Assembly (NCBI GenBank): GCA_002305675.1
Contig: DBQA01000003.1
Coordinates: 3,278-67,277, forward strand
DNA from: Patescibacteria group bacterium UBA1406
GTDB taxonomy: Bacteria > Patescibacteriota > Microgenomatia > UBA1406
Direction: 5' to 3'
DNA length: 64,000 nucleotides
A program made the translations under genes and the position numbers. Positions 60,377 through 64,000 of this stretch are shown here, piece by piece. The notes under the pieces were generated by a model. It ran no database searches. It had not been told where the DNA came from and saw only the letters and a program-made list of their open reading frames with translations. How positions within the stretch are numbered: the first letter of the stretch is position 1; each line of letters opens with the position of its first letter.

Positions 60377-60450
60377 CGGATAAGTATAGCATATCCCAAA
60401 GCCGAAAACAACCTTATAGTAAACTTATATGGTAAAATATCATCTTCACC

Positions 60451-63400
60451 ATGGAAAGGCGCGAAACGTCACTAAGGGTCAAATATCTGGGCTTAATGGT
60501 CCTCGGAGCCTTGTTTCTGGCCGGGTGCATGACCAACGAACAGCAGCAGGCCTGCGGGGATATTCAGGCCGGCCGGTCGGTGTCGCAGGATTATCTTTAC
60601 CAGTGCCTCTTGGCTCTCGGCAATACGCCGGAGAAACTGACGGAGTACCGGCAGAACTACCAGCGACAGATATCTGCCGTTGTATCCGCGAACTGTACCA
60701 TCCCGGGTGCTGCCTATGACGGACGGCGCCACTACGTGGCTTCACGGTCACTGGGAGTGGACTGTGAGGTCAGGGGAGAGCATCTGCCACCGGCCGTCAT
60801 CGGACTGAACGGATTGACGATAGAACTGGCAGGCGAAACAAAGGCCACCCCTGAAGAACCATTGCTTCGCCGCTACACCATCAGCGGACAGTTGGCCGAA
60901 AGAGGCGCCCAGGCATTGAAACTATCCTTCTATAACGGCCGGGACCGCTTCTGCGCCGACTCCACCTTGGAAAACTTCCATCTCCTGCCTACCCAGTGCG
61001 TGACCCTGAAAGACCCTCTCCTGACCGAGCCCATCAACCTGGATTATGAAGTAGTCTTTGACGATACGGCTCCAGATATCTCCGGAGAGGGGATAGGCAT
61101 GCAAAACGGGCTGGTGTCGGCTGCCTTTACAGCTCAGGACCCCCAGAGCGGCCTGGCATGGGCCACTGTCAACGGTCAGCCCGCCACGGTGGGGGATGGC
61201 GGCAGAGTGGAGATACAGGAACGGGTCAGGGAGGGGGAGAACAGGTATGTGCTTGAAGCCTGTAATCCCCTCAATATGTGCGAACGGGCGGAGCTCGTGG
61301 TCAGCGATTCGACCCCGCCGGTCCTGAATATCGAAAGTGCGGTCATGCAGGACGGACTGATCAGGATAATACTCGGCGCCTTGGATCCGGAAAGCGCTAT
61401 CGAATATGCAGCGGTCGGGCAGACGGTCTTCACCCCTGACGGCGACGGCCGGGTGGAGGCCCTTTTGCCGGTGTCGGAAGGGGAGAATAACGTGCAAATA
61501 GTGGTGAAAAACAGGGGGGGATTGTCTGCCGAGGCCAACATCACCCTCAGGGACGAAACGCCGGCCGCGATCGGCGGACTGGAAAGTAAGGTGGAACAGG
61601 GATTGTTCGCAATGGATTTTCTGGCGGTCGACCGCGAGAGCGGGATACGGGAGGTGGTGTGTCGGGAAATCAGGCAGAGCGGGGAGACAGATGAGTGGCC
61701 GGCGGAATTTGCCGGGGATAACAGGTTTGGCTGCCGGCGGCCTGTCGGACAAGGTAGCGTCCGTTTGGAAGCCAGCGTGAGGAATAATGTCGGCCTTGAG
61801 ACGGCCATCGGGGAAGGGTTCGTCTATGACCTTCTCAAACAGGTGGGAGAGGTCAATCAGGAATTCAATAATAAAGAACTAGTAATGGTAATGGGGTATA
61901 CCAGCAATCTAGACCCGGGAAAAACCCGGGCAGGTTTTTCCCAGGATACGGTCTATTCTTTAAGGAAGGCCGGTGAGTGCACGGTCCAGGATTATGCCAC
62001 TGGAGAAGGGGGCTTTTTAGTTATCGGGTGTCAGACGAACGACAAAGGTAAGGGTACGGTCAGTATCACCATCACCGATAAAGCCGGTAATTCGGTCACT
62101 CTGGGTGACATCGCCATCGCCGTGCCTGAGATCGCCGGCCTGGAAAAGACCGCCTTCTGGATCGCAGCCGTTACCGGTCTTCTCACCGCCACCGCCCTGG
62201 TCACCAAGGGGATCTCACTGCACCGGAAGCACCGGGACAAGAAAATGAGAGATGAGATCAGGGGTTATATAAGAAGGGGCGATACCGAGGCGATAAATAA
62301 ACATCCATACCGTGACCGTTACCTGGCCGAGGCCAGGGACATGGAGTATCTGCTCCTGGCCAAGGAGAAGGCTAGAGTCAGGGATATTGCCCAGGCTGCC
62401 GGCATGGTCGAGAGGTTCATGGACAGACACCGGAAAAGCGAAGCGGCGGCAGAGGTGGTTTTCCACCTGGAAGAGGCACAGGAGCTTCTAGTCGAAGCCG
62501 TTTACGAGCGGATTAGCGCATTAATGGGCAGCGGGACACTTATCACCGATGAAGGGTTACAGACATTCCTGAAGACAATGCGTACTTACGACTGGCTGTG
62601 GACCCGGCTGAGAAAGCGCGTGTCCGGTGAGCGTTTGAATGCCGTTACCTGGCTGACGGTGGTGGAAGCGGCCTCGGACAACAGCCTGTTCAGGAAAGGC
62701 AAGGCGGAGCGCATCTTCGGCTGCAAAGGCCAAAGACTGGCTCAGACGGTTGGAATACTTTGCTCGGTGGGAGACTATTGCGCGGCAGAGACGTCACTTA
62801 GATACCTGTCCAAAGTGGAGTCGGTTGGCAAGGCGGAAGAGGTTTACCGTAGCGGATTGGCGGAATGGATGGGTAAGTTAAGGGAGGTCGTATCCCATGG
62901 TAATGGCGCCATCAGAGAGCTTGAGGAGATGGGAAAAAGGTACCGGCTCACCGATGAGGCGCGGCGTCTTTTGGAAAAGGAAAAAACGCGCCTGAAGCAG
63001 TCCGCGACAGTGGCGGAGTTGTTGGAAGCGTTCCATAACTATATCCAGGCAGATGTGGATGATTTTTCGGTCTGGGAAAAGAAGGCCGATGCCTGCGGAC
63101 TGTCCCCGGCTAAAAAAATCAGCCGCAGGGAGGCTGAGGCGGCCAGGGCGGTGGCCAGAGCGCTGCAACCCGGCGTATGGCGGCCCGTCCAGATCCCGTA
63201 TTTTCTGGGCTTTACCGAGGCCGACAAGAATCTACCGTTCGAAGATTTCTATAGCGAATTGAAGTTCCGCCTACAGCGGCTGGCCACGAGCCTCGACCAT
63301 CACCGTTCCTGTCTGCAATCCCAGGAAGGTCTGGACAGGGACATCCGGATGGAAGTGGTATTGGACAACACCCATTCGGAAGTGATAAGATGGGTGGGCA

Positions 63401-63522
63401 CCATCAAGAAGAAAAAGAACTGGCAGGTCATACACGAAAAATGGCGCCAGAACGGGGTGGGGGACACTACTCCACCGCTGATCCGGCTAAACGGCCGGGA
63501 GGTAAAACTGGCCTTCATTTGA
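60451..63522 (+). CDS. large orphan lipoprotein/single-pass membrane protein (1023 aa): Ig-like repeat ectodomain, TM, ~430-aa helical cytoplasmic domain
   Basis: Lipobox LFLAGC. Three ~85-aa repeats each opening D(D/S/E)T(A/P)P. TM FWIAAVTGLLTATALVT followed by HRKHRDKK. TGgTAAAAT (60430-60438) lies 12 nt upstream of the ATG. Confidence 0.6.
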   Translation: MERRETSLRVKYLGLMVLGALFLAGCMTNEQQQACGDIQAGRSVSQDYLYQCLLALGNTPEKLTEYRQNYQRQISAVVSANCTIPGAAYDGRRHYVASRSLGVDCEVRGEHLPPAVIGLNGLTIELAGETKATPEEPLLRRYTISGQLAERGAQALKLSFYNGRDRFCADSTLENFHLLPTQCVTLKDPLLTEPINLDYEVVFDDTAPDISGEGIGMQNGLVSAAFTAQDPQSGLAWATVNGQPATVGDGGRVEIQERVREGENRYVLEACNPLNMCERAELVVSDSTPPVLNIESAVMQDGLIRIILGALDPESAIEYAAVGQTVFTPDGDGRVEALLPVSEGENNVQIVVKNRGGLSAEANITLRDETPAAIGGLESKVEQGLFAMDFLAVDRESGIREVVCREIRQSGETDEWPAEFAGDNRFGCRRPVGQGSVRLEASVRNNVGLETAIGEGFVYDLLKQVGEVNQEFNNKELVMVMGYTSNLDPGKTRAGFSQDTVYSLRKAGECTVQDYATGEGGFLVIGCQTNDKGKGTVSITITDKAGNSVTLGDIAIAVPEIAGLEKTAFWIAAVTGLLTATALVTKGISLHRKHRDKKMRDEIRGYIRRGDTEAINKHPYRDRYLAEARDMEYLLLAKEKARVRDIAQAAGMVERFMDRHRKSEAAAEVVFHLEEAQELLVEAVYERISALMGSGTLITDEGLQTFLKTMRTYDWLWTRLRKRVSGERLNAVTWLTVVEAASDNSLFRKGKAERIFGCKGQRLAQTVGILCSVGDYCAAETSLRYLSKVESVGKAEEVYRSGLAEWMGKLREVVSHGNGAIRELEEMGKRYRLTDEARRLLEKEKTRLKQSATVAELLEAFHNYIQADVDDFSVWEKKADACGLSPAKKISRREAEAARAVARALQPGVWRPVQIPYFLGFTEADKNLPFEDFYSELKFRLQRLATSLDHHRSCLQSQEGLDRDIRMEVVLDNTHSEVIRWVGTIKKKKNWQVIHEKWRQNGVGDTTPPLIRLNGREVKLAFI

Positions 63523-63558
63523 TTACTTATGTCATATAGTGTATAATATAAGGCTATT

Positions 63559-64000
63559 ATGAGAACCGCCGAACACGCCATTGTCCCGACCCCACATCAG
63601 ATAGAACAGGCCCTGACCCAATTGGAACAGGAGGTTTTGTTCGCCGACGATCCCGATAAGGCAGAGAGGCGGTTGGTTCTGGCCCAGGAGGCGGTCGAAA
63701 GACTGAAACAGGGGCCGGAGTTTCGTCTGTCGTTGGTCCTTGACCACACCGGTTCCATGGGTCAGCATATCAGGGCGGTCCAAGCACAGGTGGCCGATTG
63801 GCTGGGACGGTTCAGGCTGGGGCTGGATCCGAGCCTGCTTACCCTGTCGAACGGCAAGGTCCGTTTCGGTGGCCAGATAGTCAGGTTCAGGGACATATCG
63901 AACGGCGACCACGATGCCTTGGGGATAGACAGCCTGGCTGCGGCGTTGGACGGGGACACCGCCTTTGTCAATTATGCCCGGGAGTTCAATGACCATCGGA
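63559..64000 (+). CDS. von Willebrand factor A (vWA) domain protein, 5' part (runs off window end)
   Basis: ATG 63559, 11 nt after TATAAT at 63542-63547. Open to nt 64000, so absent from the ORF track. MIDAS-like FRLSLVLDHTGSMGQHI. Confidence 0.5.
   Translation, partial: MRTAEHAIVPTPHQIEQALTQLEQEVLFADDPDKAERRLVLAQEAVERLKQGPEFRLSLVLDHTGSMGQHIRAVQAQVADWLGRFRLGLDPSLLTLSNGKVRFGGQIVRFRDISNGDHDALGIDSLAAALDGDTAFVNYAREFNDHR

Noticed and set aside
63532-63996. 154-aa minus-strand ORF listed in the track
   Set aside because: The plus strand is open across the same span, has a TATAAT-ATG arrangement, and encodes a vWA MIDAS motif. The minus-strand product has shadow-frame composition.
1-64000. Alternative genetic code (UGA as a sense codon, as in some CPR lineages)
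   Set aside because: Conserved genes (comEC, galT, ACL ORFs, leuS and others) terminate cleanly at UGA/UAA/UAG with normal lengths, and tRNA-Trp has a standard CCA anticodon.

Overview
Compact, almost fully coding stretch of a small bacterial genome. I infer it is Candidate Phyla Radiation / Patescibacteria-like (not searched). Grounds for that inference: a split ComEC, an archaeal/eukaryotic-type TyrRS, many secreted or membrane-anchored orphan proteins, heavy start/stop overlaps, standard code with UGA used as stop.

Recognisable core genes:
- Translation and tRNA: leuS, tyrS, fmt, pth, rpmB, rpmG, and tRNA-Arg(CCT), tRNA-Trp(CCA), tRNA-Thr(GGT).
- DNA and nucleotide metabolism: ndk, nfo, tatD, holB-like.
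- Cell structure and redox: mreB, trxA.
- DNA uptake: comEA and a split comEC.
- Sugar metabolism and glycosylation: galT, otsA, and a polyprenyl-phosphate/GT-C glycosylation island.
- Proteases and surface processing: sortase, M16, M24 and M50 peptidases.

Most notable observations:
1. A three-gene ATP-citrate-lyase module (27386-30288) starts 5 nt after tRNA-Trp.
2. A cobalamin-riboswitch-like leader (about 22708-22853) sits in front of an uncharacterised 361-aa Zn-ribbon protein.
3. Two paralogous WxL-like / DUF916-like surface cassettes bracket the DNA-uptake genes.
4. A translationally coupled Cys-rich 61-codon ORF converges on an HprK-like P-loop gene.
5. An orphan block at 54.9-64 kb holds an SD-led upstream ORF, a lipoprotein, a non-RD protein kinase, thioredoxin, divergent 954-aa and 1023-aa orphans, and a vWA gene.
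6. About 20 first-in-operon genes have a -10 hexamer 6-9 nt upstream of the start codon, implying systematic leaderless mRNAs.
7. Arrays of 4-5 tandem 7-nt units (28-35 nt) are embedded in frame in leuS (twice) and fmt.

No CRISPR array, rRNA, transposase or reverse transcriptase was seen. All homology statements are by-eye motif recognition. No searches or computations were run.
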